64,000 nt of DNA. Source: Octopus sinensis. Taxonomy: Eukaryota. Where the stretch lies: positions 4,154,001 to 4,218,000 of the forward strand of contig NC_043021.1 of the NCBI RefSeq assembly GCF_006345805.1, read 5' to 3'. Of this stretch, positions 1 to 12,386 are shown in pieces (the first letter of the stretch is position 1; every line of letters starts with the position of its first letter). Position numbers and translations under genes: made by a program. Under the pieces are notes generated by a model. The model had not been told where the DNA came from and did no database searches. It worked only from the letters and a program-made list of their open reading frames with translations.

Positions 1-201
1 TCCTTTATTCATATATCTGATACAGGTACAAGGCCTAAAATATTGGTGGGGAAGGGTTTATTCAATTAAGATTGGCCCAAATTCTTGGCTAATTTTAAAC
101 TATTAACTTACAAAATGAAATTCAAAACAAAGGAAACTTTGAAAATAAAATAAAAAATAAAATAAAAAGTTTGCTTAAACCATTAAATGCCATTTTAACT
201 T

Positions 202-669
202 TCGAAGTCTATTGTATATAAGAATATTTATTCTGGAATTCTAATTGTAAAATTTCCGTTTATATATTTGTTGTGCAAGATTTTTTATGTGAAATCATGT
301 GTTGAAACAGATATTGTTGTATTTCGGAATGGTCATTTTGCCAGTTTAGCCAATAAAAATATTACAGGCATCCCCCCCACACACTAACTAAACATAGACA
401 CACAGAGATATACGCATGCGCAAATGAAGACACATACAATAGAAATACAGAATGACTGATGGTTAGTAAGGAGAGACACACAAATAAGAAAGAAGAAAGC
501 AAAGGACCACTGATGAGGTCACAGAAGTGTGACGAAAGAACTCTGGCCGAAATAAGATTAAGTTTAATGTAAAAAATAAATAACACTGAAGCAAAGTAAC
601 ACCAAATATATAGTGCGTGTGTTTTTATTGGCTAAACTGGCAAAATGACCATTCCTAAATAAAACAATA
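202..669. mobile_element. Arm-spacer-arm element with ~48-bp inverted repeats (312-359 / 622-669) and a one-sided tail
   Basis: tattgttgtatttcggaatggtcattttgccagtttagccaataaaaa and its reverse complement. A solo arm also occurs at 19045-19088, and an HHR-like motif lies in the spacer at 504-548. Confidence 0.55.
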
Positions 670-1235
670 ATTGTAAAATATTGTCCAGTAAGTGGTCGTA
701 CACGGAAGGAGTCTCAACACAGTTGTTTAAATTGCTAGAAATAGTAGCTAAAATCTCTATGACACTTCACTCTATTGTTTATTTTAAAATAAAATAGAAA
801 GGATGCATAGGATAATGTAATGTTAAGTAAACTGAGTCTGCAAAGAAAAAAAAAACCAGGCCATTATGGCTAGAACAGCTTTGATCTTCGACCTACTTGA
901 TCAGGACTGACCTGCAACTAAGCCAGAACAACAGTTTTGTAACATAAGGTGATTTAGATGATAAATATATCTGCCAAAATGGGTTGCTCCAAAAGATCTC
1001 TCAAGTAATGTTACTCAACAGGGTACATAACTCAAAGATCAGTAAGTCTCACTAGGTGGAGCTATTACTTCTCTGGTACTATAAACAGAATGATTAGAAC
1101 AGTGATTTTCGACTGGGGGGTCCATATAAGATTTTTAGGGGATCACACAAGCAAAATTGAGTCCACAATAGCATTTTATGGCCCCATGAAAAATTTAGTG
1201 GGGAAATAAATCTCCACCCATCTCCAGTGCTGAGA

Positions 1236-1282
1236 CCACCTGATCACGTGATTTCAACCTTCCTTGGTCTCCTCAGTAATGG
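1236..1282 (-). ncRNA. Type I hammerhead ribozyme motif, canonical core
   Basis: Minus strand: CCATTA CTGAGGA GACC-AAGGAA-GGTT GAAA TCACGTGA TC AGGTGG. Helix III is the palindrome ATCACGTGAT, the cleavage triplet is AUC, and helix I has one terminal mismatch. Confidence 0.75.
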
Positions 1283-1580
1283 ATGATCAACTGCTAGAGG
1301 TAGGTAGCAGCAACTCATCTCCCTACTAAAGGTACATAGAAAAACAATGCCAGAACAGGCCCTTGTGTCACGATTAACCAGTGATCTTGTTAGAAGATAT
1401 ACATTAGCGACAGAGGTAGTATTCATATCAAGAGGTAATATTTATCCCCACTTAAACATGGATGTTCTGTTGGAACAAACTATACTGCAGTGGATACCAT
1501 GAGAGAAACTCTCACATTGGCTTTTGGTGTTAAATGCATGCTAGGAGGGAGATAAATTCCTGCCATCTCCGGTGCTGAGA

Positions 1581-1627
1581 CCACTAGATGATTTGATTTC
1601 GACCTTACATAGCCTTTTCAATGATGG
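1581..1627 (-). ncRNA. Type I hammerhead motif with U3-A8 core (paralogue of 1236-1282)
   Basis: Minus strand: CCATCA TTGAAAA GGCT-ATGTAA-GGTC GAAA TCAAATCA TC TAGTGG. Same spacing as copy 1, 345 bp away. Helix III is partly decayed. Confidence 0.6.
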
Positions 1628-3892
1628 AAACTTGACCGCTAGAGATGGCAGCAACTCATCTCCACACTTGCATTATATTGGAAAACAGTGCCAGAACAGG
1701 CCCTGGTGTCACGATTAGCCAGTGATCTTGTTAAAAGATATATATCAGCGACAGAGGCGATATTAATACTGTGAAGTAATATGAATCCCTTCTTAAACAT
1801 GGATGTTCTGTTGGAACAAACCATACTGTGGTAGATACGATGTGAGAAACTCTTACATTGCCTTTTTAGTGCAAATGCGCTCTTGTTAATGTATTGTCTC
1901 ATAGCTTTGAGATTTCAATGATGTTATTGTCTATTTTTAAAATGGCAATGAGGGGGTACATGTCACAGACTACACCTGGCTAGTTTGAACATGAAATAGA
2001 TAGAATATTGGGCCAGACATGGACAGTTTAAATGCGAAGGGGTCAAAGTGATCTAAATTTAAAATTTCCATCGAAATTTTTATACAAATTCAAGTCTCAA
2101 AACCCAGCTTGGGTCCTTTTACTGCAGAAATCAGATATAACCACTGAAAATTTTATTACCCTTAAATGTAGAAAGTAGCTTTATATACCAAACTATCTTC
2201 TGTTGAGGAATGCCATGTTTGAAGCAGCATGGCTTTCAGAAAATACCAAGTTCTATTTTTGGTAAATATTTAACATCATTACTAGAATAACCATGAAACT
2301 TAATTCTATAGTTAAAGGGTTAATAAAGACAAAATTATTTTAATAAATTCATTAATTAAAACATGGAATGTATTTCAACAGGAATATGGTAACAGAAAGG
2401 GTTAAGATGGCTATGAGTACTGGAGTATATGTATAAATTTCAAAAGGAAAACCTGAAGAATAATAATTCTGTTGATTTTGGGAAGTTTTTATCAGTTTCC
2501 TAAAGAAGAGCGAATTAGTGCATAAGACATCAGGGGAAAAGGAAACGTAAAATTCAACGGTAATTCATTAAATTAGTTAAGGAAGATTAAATCTGTTCAA
2601 GGGAGATAACTCTAAAAGACGCCAAGCAGAGTAGCGTTTTACAACAGGCTGGCAGAGCTTTTATAAGTTTGCACACAAACACAAATATAGTTGACGCTAC
2701 ACATCAACTAACACTACACACACACCGTTTTTATCTGTAGAACTCTTAAGGGGATAAAGCTATTGTAGTGCATATGAGCACTGTATACAATAAGTTCATT
2801 ACACATTATATACCTATTAAATATAAAAGGGTTTTTAAGCTGATTTCAGTATTTATATGCTAAAAATATAGCGTTATCTACTTCAAGTGCTCGAAGTTTC
2901 TAAATCATGACGCACGCACACACACACGCACGCACGCACACACACATATACACACACACCACACACATGCACGCACACAAAATGGGAGACTACGCCTATA
3001 GACTCGTAAACAATTGTTTGAATAATAAGTTTGAATAATAATAATAACCATTGAAAAGGTAGCAAAACGCAACGAAAATTTTAGGAAAATAAAAATAAAA
3101 AAATAAGGGGAAATTTTACCGGTGAGTGTGTTAAACAATAAGGCACAAAAGAAAATGACTCTCCCCAGACACAACAGAATAATGAAAAAGTTTTAAAAAG
3201 AAAACAAAGGACGTTGTGTGTGAGTGTTTTTGACAGCTAGTCTATTCTGTTATCGCAGTTTCCAGTTAATATCTATCTTTTCATGCTGGTGTAAAAAACA
3301 AAAAGGTTTCTCCTTCCAAGTCAGTCACCTTTCTGAATGTTTATTAAGATGTAATAATTCCTTTTCATAGCATAGAAATGTCAATCTAGATACAGGTACA
3401 ACACTGAATTTTCAGACACTGAAGGTCCAGAACCTCTTACAATCTGTATTAAGCAGAAGCAAGGTGGAATTTAATATTCTGGCTGCTGTCAGGCTAATTT
3501 ACAAATACTTTAAACAGATTAGTAACTTGCACAGTACAAGATCAATAAATATTTACCGGTGACATGTAAAAGGTACTGGTGCCAGTGACACATGAAGGGC
3601 ACCCGAGCCAGTGAAACATGAAAGGCACCTGTGCCAGTGAAATGCAAAAGGCTCCATGCTAGTGACATTTTAAAAGGGCCCCATGCCGGTGACACATAAA
3701 AGACCTCCAGTATGCTTTGTGGAGTGTTTGGCATTAGGAGGGGCATCCGGCCATAGGAACTAAGCCAACACAGACTGGAACCTGGTGCAGCTCTCCAGCT
3801 TATCAGAACCAGCCAAGCTGTCCAACCCATGCCAACTTGGAAGAGACAGGCGTTAAATGATGATAATGATCATTATGATGAAATATTTATAC

Positions 3893-4376
3893 CAGTGGTT
3901 CCCAACCATTTTTTTTATCTATGGACCCTTTTGATTGCTGCTTTATTCTGGTGAATTGCCATAGCCATTTGATATTTAAAAATTAATTTTAACCATTTCT
4001 TTCAAAATTTCCATTTTTGTTTTTCAGACATTAATTTGTGTAGGTTGAACTATGTAAAGCGTTAGAGAAGGAAATTTAGCTGTTTATTGCAAAAAATATA
4101 TGTGAAACAAAATTTTTTCAAGGATTTTTCATGGATACACTATGTGGACCCCAAATTTAATATTTCACTTGCATGGATCCCCTCCTCCAAAACTCTGATA
4201 TGGACTCTGGTCTAGTGTAATATAGCGCTGTGAAGGCACTGGGTTTAGTAGGATAGGGTGTTGATTATACTACTGTGGGTCTCCAATTTAATTTTTTTAT
4301 TTGCGTGAATCCCCCCAAAATCTTAAATGGACCCCGGGGTGGCGGGAATCATGTAGACCACAACTGAGAACCACTG
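3893..4376. mobile_element. hAT-type MITE
   Basis: Termini CAGTGGTT...AACCACTG. Flanking 8-mers atttatac and attcacac match 6/8, consistent with a decayed 8-bp TSD. Confidence 0.75.
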
Positions 4377-4484
4377 ATTCACACTAATGAACAGATAACT
4401 GCATTTTAATCATTTCTTTTTAATTAGAAAGTCCTAAAAAAGGTGAGAAGCTACATAGTATAAGAGGTTATGAAGAAGGAGAAA

Positions 4485-4610
4485 TTAAGATGAAGGGAAT
4501 GAATTTACTTTAGACTTGAAAGAGTTCAGGGCATAAGGAGGGGGAGAAAGCAATGAAATGGAAGAGAGTTCCGAAGTCTGGCAGTTCAAAGAAAAGAAAC
4601 AGTTACGACC
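4485..4610 (-). mobile_element. CR1/Jockey-like LINE 3' coding relic
   Basis: Degenerate TARL(W)NSLP.HCF..YALNSFKSKVN. Confidence 0.55.
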
Positions 4611-5015
4611 GTAGGAGTGGCTGTGTGTTAAGTAGCTTGCTAACCAACCACATGGTTCCGGGTTCAGTCCCACTGCGTGGCATCTTGGGCAAGTGTCTTC
4701 TGCTATAGCCCCGGGCCGACCAATGCCTTGTGAGTGGATTTGGTAGACGGAAACTGAAAGAAGCCCGTCGTATATATGTATATATATATATGTGTGTGTA
4801 TGTGTTTGTGTGTGTGTGTTAGTCCCCCTAGCATTGCTTGACAACCGATGCTGGTGTGTTTACGTCCCCGTCACTTAGCGGTTCGGCAAAAGAGACTGAT
4901 AGAATAAGTACTGGGCTTACAAAGAATAAGAACCGGGGTCGATTTGCTCGACTAAAAGGCGGTGCTCCAGCATGGCCGCAGTCAAATGACTGAAACAAGT
5001 AAAAAAGTAAGAGTA
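4611..5015 (+). mobile_element. SINE-A copy
   Basis: Colinear with 15049-15453. Confidence 0.9.
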
Positions 5016-6493
5016 GAAGACTTCCTTATTCCTTGGTCAATTCACTTTAAACCCCTGGTCTGAAAAAAATCAGTAATTCAGAAGGGCCTGAAAGTCAGAG
5101 GTTCTGGAAAATCCATCTTGTACTAGTATAACTTTCTTCAAAGAGAGAGAGAGAGAGGGAGGGAGTGTGTGTGTGTGTGTGTGTGGGCAGGTAGTGCGAT
5201 AGTGTCGGATAAATCTAACAAGGGAAATAACTCATGCAGCTACACATACTTGATTCCTGAATTACATTAGATTTAATATAATTTCCTGATTCTGGTTATT
5301 TGTAGAAATTACGTGGCAAAATGAGAGGAAAGAAAAGGCTTTGAGTGTTTAAGGTTCGAATTATCAAGGAGATAAAAATATACGGCTTTAATATATATAC
5401 ATCAGTAAACTCCTGAGATTAAAGTGTATGTCCTGGTTTTAAAAAAATAAATAAAATTTAATATCTTAAATAGTTTTTTAAGTTGATTGAAATGCACATT
5501 CAAATTTTAATTACCGAGAAGTAATTATTTGGAGAATTCAGAGAAAAGGAGAGACGAAGCAATAACAGCATGCACTGTGTGTGTGTGAGGGAGAGAGAGG
5601 TAAGACAGAGAGAGGGAGAGAAGGAGACTGCTAATCCAAAAAGAAGCCTCTATGAGTCAAGAAGGGAACCCGTATGATGAGTCAACGAGGAGGCTTCTAC
5701 GCAGTCATTGTATCTGCTAGAAATAGCAGCTAGGTTTCTTTTAAATCTGATAATTATAAGCAGTATATTGGATGATGCAGTAGTTAAGCATACAATGCAT
5801 GACTAAAAGATAAGATGGAGCTAGCAAATACACCGCTTGAAGACGAGACTGACCAGGGGTTAAACAACAACAACACCAACAACAACATTATACTGAAAGA
5901 ATCAGAGTGCATACTTTTTGCCTTCTTCATTAAGGCCAGAATTACTAAGAAAGTACTACTTTTAGGAGTTGCTTTTCAATTAGTACAAATTTCAGTTTCT
6001 CTTAATTACTAATCCAACAATTAGTATTATTACTAATCATGCTAAAAAGCAGTGTTAAAATGGACAAAATGCACAGCAGTATTTGTTGTGGATCTTTACA
6101 ATCCAAGTTCTAATCCTTAGAGTTTCAGCCATCTGGGGTCAATAAAATAAGGCCCTCATCAAATACTGGGGTTGATGTAATTGACTAATCCCCACCACCT
6201 TCTCCCAAATTATTGGCCTGGGGCCCAAATGAGAAACTAATTATTGCAAATTATTTTGTATAAATTTTTATTGACTATGTAAAGATGACTTAAAACCTGT
6301 TCTTACTAACGACTTCAGATTTTGGCACAAGGCCAGCAATTTTGCAGGAAGTGGGTAAGTTGATTAAATCGACCCCAGTTTTCAACTGGTACTTATTTTA
6401 CCGATCCCAATATTTGAACTTAGAATGTAGAGACAGACGAAATGCTGCTAAGTGTTTTGCCCCGTGTGCTAAAGGTTTGGTCAGCTTGCTGCC

Positions 6494-6942
6494 TTAACCC
6501 TTTCGTAACGTATTATTTGAGACTGTGTTCTTTCAATTAATTTTAAATATAACAAGAATTTAGTAATGACTTAGTCATCATTAAGCTAGTGTTAGGAACA
6601 TAAATTGTGACTAAGGTTTGGTGAAGAGTTTAATTCAAAACTTATGAAAACAACATTTGTACTACAGAGCCAGAGCAGTTTCAGCGGTTGGTATCAAAAG
6701 GTTTAAAATATCATGTGACTTTAACCCTTTCATTACGATTTATTTGAGTGCTCTGTGTTTCTTTCAATTAATTTTAATATAACAAAGAATTTAGTAAAAT
6801 AACTTAGTCATTTTAAGCTAGTGTTAGGAACATAAATTGTGACTAAGGTTGGTGGAAGAGTTTAATTCAAAACTTATGAAAACAAGACATTTGTACTCAG
6901 AGGCAGAGCCAGTTTCAGCCGGGTTGGTAACGAAAGGGCTAA
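6494..6942. mobile_element. Two tandem piggyBac-type MITEs (~215 bp each)
   Basis: TTAA|CCCTTTC...AAAGGG|(T/C)TAA termini. Copies at 6494-6706 and 6721-6942. Confidence 0.75.
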
Positions 6943-6969
6943 GAAAAAAAAGAAAAAACTTTTCTTAAT

Positions 6970-7112
6970 ATAAGGTTGTCCCAAAAGTTCGTAGAAAGTC
7001 TTGGAAAATAATGGTCTTTATTTGAGGAATAATTTTTGTTGTTTTTGTTAGTACTTGGCGAGTAAAAATTCAATTTTCGCAAGTGTTTACGAACTTTTGG
7101 GACAACCTAATA
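6970..7112. mobile_element. Tc1/mariner-type MITE
   Basis: 21-bp perfect TIR aggttgtcccaaaagttcgta (6973-6993 / 7088-7108) with TA-containing flanks. Confidence 0.75.
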
Positions 7113-8370
7113 TTACTGACAAGAAATTTACATTGAAAATATATTTTTTTGCTTTTTAATAAAAATCGGTAAAATGAAAGAAAAAAAAATTTTTTAGATA
7201 TCTTTATCCAAATAACATTTTGTATTTTACGGAATCTGTCCAGCATGGTTAGAAACACATAACTATTGATATCTTGAAGGGAAATTAAATCCTGTTTAGC
7301 AGCTTACTCTTAAATTAAACTAAACATATATTGAAGAAACTTTGCATGGATATTCCATATTTATATTCCAGGATCTGTCAATTATTTATTTATTTACTTA
7401 TTTTAGCTAAAATAAATCAATAACAAGTACCAGAATAAAGCCCATTCAAAAGTTGACAAATATTATTTTAGAAAAAAGATTTATTGCAACAGAGAAACTA
7501 TAATCTTTTTTTCCCCCATTTGTTGACTACAAAATCTTTGCTTTTCTCCCTCTTTTTTTTTTTTTATTTTTCTCTAAGCAGGTTTATTATTTTTCTCTTT
7601 CTTTCTTACATCTTTTTTTTTTTTTAACCTACATTTCGAAGAGGAATCAATTTTCAAAGAAACATAGACACATATACGTTCACACACAAAAACATATACA
7701 AAACTATTGTAAGGGAGGTGGAGGGTAGGGTAGTGGAGGAGGAGGAGGAAGAAGAAGAAGAAGAAAAAAAAAGAAGAATTAAAGAAACAGTATTAATGTG
7801 AGACAGAAAAACAAAAAACAATCATGCATTTTGAGATAATATTTTTAAATATATATAAGGATGGGGGGGGGGGGGTGCGTAAAAAAATTCAGCTAAAATA
7901 TAAATCCTAAATCTATTCTTAAAGCAGCATTAATAGTAATTCCAATAATATTTATAGGATGTGAAAGAACATTATCTATTTGTTTATTCATACTTTGCCT
8001 GCTAAGCCACAGATCTATCTGAGGGATCAGTTGACAACAACCATAACAACAACAGCAAAAAAATAGGAAAAAAAAAGCTACTTCTGGTACACTTTTCAAA
8101 GAGAGTAGTTATTTGTTTTTTGTTGTTTTCTTTAAAATTTATTAATTTTATTCTGTTTATATATACATATGTGTGTGTGTGTGTATGTGTGTATGTAGTG
8201 AGAGAGTAACATAAGCTATAATATATATCACTAACAGAGAAATAATAGTGACTGATAAATTTTATCTTTAAAACTTATTTTCTTCTAAAGCATTGAGAGG
8301 CCACACAACAGCATTTATAATATTATCAATATCAATAATGAAAATAACATTAATAATAATAATAATAATA

Positions 8371-8665
8371 ACTAGAATGTGGAATCTGAAAACAGAAACA
8401 ATTCCTATCATAGTAGGTGCATTAGGCATGATAAAAAAATATTCAGACAAATACATAACAAAAACACCAGGACTTACAAACACATATAACATACAGAAAA
8501 TTGCACTACTAGGCACTGCACACATCCTACGCAGAACACTTTCCATACAATAACCATCAGAGCATCACAACAAATCACAGCACATACCCAAGGCACACAC
8601 AGCTGCGCTCGGTAGTGAAGTGAAAGCACGCTATAAAAATAAAACTACTGAATAATAATAATAAT
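8371..8665 (+). mobile_element. R4/Dong-type non-LTR retrotransposon 3' end (restriction-like endonuclease tail)
   Basis: RMWNLKTETIPIIVGALGMIKK...IQKIALLGTAHILRRTL-stop, then a short UTR and a (TAA)n tail. Confidence 0.8.
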
Positions 8666-10304
8666 ATCAATGATGATGATGATAATACTATTATTATTTA
8701 AAAAAAAAAATTTTATCTAGTTTCAGCTCACGAGCTGTGGCCATGCTGGGGTACACCGCCATTCAGAAATTACAAAAAAATTAGTATCATTATTGTTGTT
8801 GTTGTTGTTGTTATTATTATTTTCAGAATATACACACAAACTGGAAATAAGATAACTGGCAGAAATTAGAAAGGAAAACTGCCGGAATAGATACCTTCTG
8901 AACAGCTAAAACCAAAAGAGAACGTACAGGGAAAACTTTTATGCCATCTCAAACTGCAGACTTTGAAATAAGTTAATTTTGTCCCAAAAACTCAAGTCAA
9001 AAAAAAAGTATGGTAGACTTAAAGCGCTAACATTTTGAAATCTCAGATTCCCTTTCCTTGATTTTGGCTTTCTTTTTTTCAAAGTTGTTTTTCTTTTCCT
9101 TTTTGTATTTGTTTTCAGAAATGTTTAAATGTCGTTTATATTGGATAATGTGCAAGAAATTATAATGAGAAAGAAAATGAATGAAAAGCTAAGAGAAACA
9201 AGCATAAACAAAAAAAAAACAAAAAAACAGAGAGAGTAAAGAAGGAAAAAATATTTAAAGTTAAAAAAAAAGCGTAAGTTAGGGTGTGTGTATGGTGTGT
9301 TGTGCCATGAATGAAACGAGAGGAAGGAATGAAAGAATGAAGGAATGAATTAATTAATTAATGAATCAATCAATTAAGGTAAATGAAGGAATGAAACTGC
9401 CAATGGTCAGTAGGTGGTTGGTTGGTTGGTCGGTTGGTTGGTAGGTTGGCAACATTGTTGGCTCTCTATGATAGAAAGCAGAAGAACGAAGAACCGTCGA
9501 ATGAAATCAACGAACGAACGAACGAATGAAAGAGAGGTTGCTTGAATGAAGTAACCAAAATCAGGTCCAGCAGATAAAACTGAATATTGACAGCATGTGA
9601 CAGCTACCGATTCCAAAAACAATAATGACAAAGTAGATAGACACGGCAAACCAAACCGGCCAGCCAGCCAGTTGGTCAACTAGTTGGATAGAATGAGAGA
9701 GAGAGAGACAGAGAGAGACAGAGAATGGCTAATGTAGCTAATAAAAACATGCAAACAGACACCGATACACATAAAACATATACATACATATATATATATA
9801 TGTATATATATGTATATATATATATGTATGTATATATATGTATATATATGCTGGACTATAAATGCTAATAACAATAATTGGAAAGCAATGACAAATTACA
9901 GCAAAGGAGGAGGAAGAGGATGAGGAAGAAGAGAAACTCATGAATGAGGAGAGGCAAGAGGAGGAGTGGGGGAGGGGGTGATTTAATAAGACTGAATGAA
10001 AATCACTGCCAATCTACAGCTGCTGTTGTTTCCGTCTTCCTTTTCTTTCTTTCGATGATACGGGGACGGGGCGGGGGTTTAAAAATAAATAAATAAGAAA
10101 CAAATAAATGAAAACAACAACAAAGAAGAAAGAAAAAAATAAAGGAAAATCACACGAAATAAAAGGAAAGAAAATTTATGCATGTGTGCGTATCACTGTG
10201 TGTGTGTGTGTGTGTATCATATATATATATATATAATTTTATATATATATATATATATATTTTTATATTTATATATATATATATATATATTTTATATTTA
10301 TATA

Positions 10305-10357
<53 letters not shown>

Positions 10358-10397
10358 CATCATTTAGTACAGACAATAAATGATGATGATGATTATG

Positions 10398-10436
<39 letters not shown>

Positions 10437-11419
10437 TTATATACAGAGAACTTTTTTTGCTGCAAAACCTAATGACGGGGAAGTTACTAAAAGAAGGAAG
10501 ACAAACAGACAGACAGACTAAGTTTGGAACCTGATAATTGTAAATTCAGTTTTACACATGATTTCTTTAGTTGAAATTACTTTTCTATTATCATATCTTC
10601 TGCATAAGGCAGCGAACTGGCAGAACTGTTTAACACACTGGGCAGAACGCTCAGCAGCATTCCAGCATCTCTTTACATTCTAAGTTTAAATTCTGCCCAA
10701 GTCAACGATACATTTTCATCCGTTTTAGGGGGTTGATAAAGTATCAGTTGAAAACTGAGATCAATGTAATCAATTTCCACCCTCCCACCACAAATTTCAG
10801 GATTATTATTACCTCTGCCTTAGCGAAGGCAGAGATATTGTTTTCAGTTGTGTTTGTTTACTTGTTTGTCCATGGACAAGATATCCGAAGAAGCGCTGGA
10901 TGGATTTGCATGAAACTTCCAGGGATGTTTGGCTTCATGACTGGCAGATTAGATTTTGGAATCAATCTGGTACCAGACAAGGATTCTGGATTATTTGTTA
11001 TATTTACTTTATATTACATGAAGTATTATGATCTTATGTTGACTTTCAAGTCTTTCTCTGATTATCTCCCTTGAAAGCATGATCATAGTTTCCATATAAG
11101 TTATGGCAGTGTTGCTGTTTCCAAAGTATTTTCTTTCTCTATTATTAATTTTACCCACGTCTCTATCTTAGTAGAAACTGATGGATAAAGAAATCAAATT
11201 GCATAAACAAACAGTGGTAAAACTGTTCAGAAATTAAATAACACTAACATATTCAGTAATAATAATAAACTTAATTTATCCTTGACAATTTTTAGTTTTA
11301 CCAATTTTGAATATATTGCTCCTGTTTAAAACCTCTTACCTACTTGCTAATTGCATTTCTAGCTCTGCCTTGAAGGAAGCTTTACTTCTTGGACTCATGT
11401 TTTTGTGTGCAATGATGTT

Positions 11420-11640
11420 GTTAAACCTCTGTTAACAGCACTGTATGCAGGTCCTTTCCATTTTCTTTCGTGCATGGATAAATTTTACACTATAGACCTT
11501 AATGGTCGTAAAGACACTATATCAGTGGATAGACTAAAAAAGGCCTTCATAGAGAAAGCTGTCCCTGTCCCCACTGCAGACGACACACACTCACACAGCA
11601 TTACAAACACGGCCCACACACCCACCTTCACATTCCATGA
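11420..11640 (+). mobile_element. Gypsy LTR-retrotransposon integrase C-terminal (GPY/F) relic
   Basis: KPLLTALYAGPFHFLSCMDKFYTIDLNGRKDTISVDRLKKAF matches the GPY/F ... DTVSxDRLKP pattern. Confidence 0.75.
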
Positions 11641-12007
11641 CGACCACTGGGATCAATCAGGTACGGGACAAGGATTCTAGATTATTCTTCCATTTTTTTT
11701 TTTTTACTTAATTTTTGAAAACAATCGCGTTCATTTTGAGTATTCTCGTATGTGAGAGCAGTTGAGTTTACTTCAGACATTCTCATTTTCAAAAATCATC
11801 TCCGTCTAATTGTTGAGAGAGCATCGGTGTTGCCTTGGTGGAGGCCTGCTCTCTCTGAGTGCTCTTGTTATTATTATTATATTTGTTATTATTATTGTCA
11901 ACCCCAAAAAGGATGAAATGTATAGCTGATTTGGGCAAAATTTAAACTTAGAATGTAAGAGAGATAGAATGCTGAAAGTATATACAATATAAAATAAAAC
12001 AAAGAAA

Positions 12008-12386
12008 GAGGAGTGGTGTGTGGTAAGTAGCTTGCTAACCACCACATGGTTCCGGGTTCAGTCCCACTGCGTGGCATCTTGGGCAAGTGTCTTTTGCTAT
12101 AGCCCCGGGCCGACCAAAGACTTGTGAGTGGATTTGGTAGACGGAAACTGAAAGAAGCCTGTCGTATATATATGTATGTGTGTGTGTGTGTCTGTCCCCC
12201 TAGCATTGCTTGACAACCGATGCTGGTGTGTTTACGTCCCCGTCACTTAGCAGTTTGGCAAATGAGACCGATAGAATAAATACTGGGCTTACAAAGAATA
12301 AGTCCCGGGGTCGATTTGCTCGACTAAAGGCGGTGCTCCAGCATGGCTGCAGTCAAAAGACTGAAACAAGTAAAAGAGTAAAAGAG
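12008..12386 (+). mobile_element. SINE-A copy
   Basis: Colinear with 15049-15453. Confidence 0.9.

Larger units (their letters stand above)
1200..1885 (-). mobile_element. Tandem dimer of a ~345-bp hammerhead-containing unit (retrozyme / Penelope pLTR-like)
   Basis: catctcc(a/g)gtgctgagaccac occurs at 1219 and 1564 (period 345). The two units are colinear throughout, with one HHR motif each. Confidence 0.7.

Noticed and set aside
10020-10080. GC-box (ggggcgggg) and ETS-like ttccg as a promoter
   Set aside because: Short motifs only, with no linked first exon or TSS evidence.
10178-10534. ORFs rich in Y/I/C/V/H/T here and at many other sites
   Set aside because: Translations of (TA)n, (TG)n and (CA)n microsatellites and SINE bodies.
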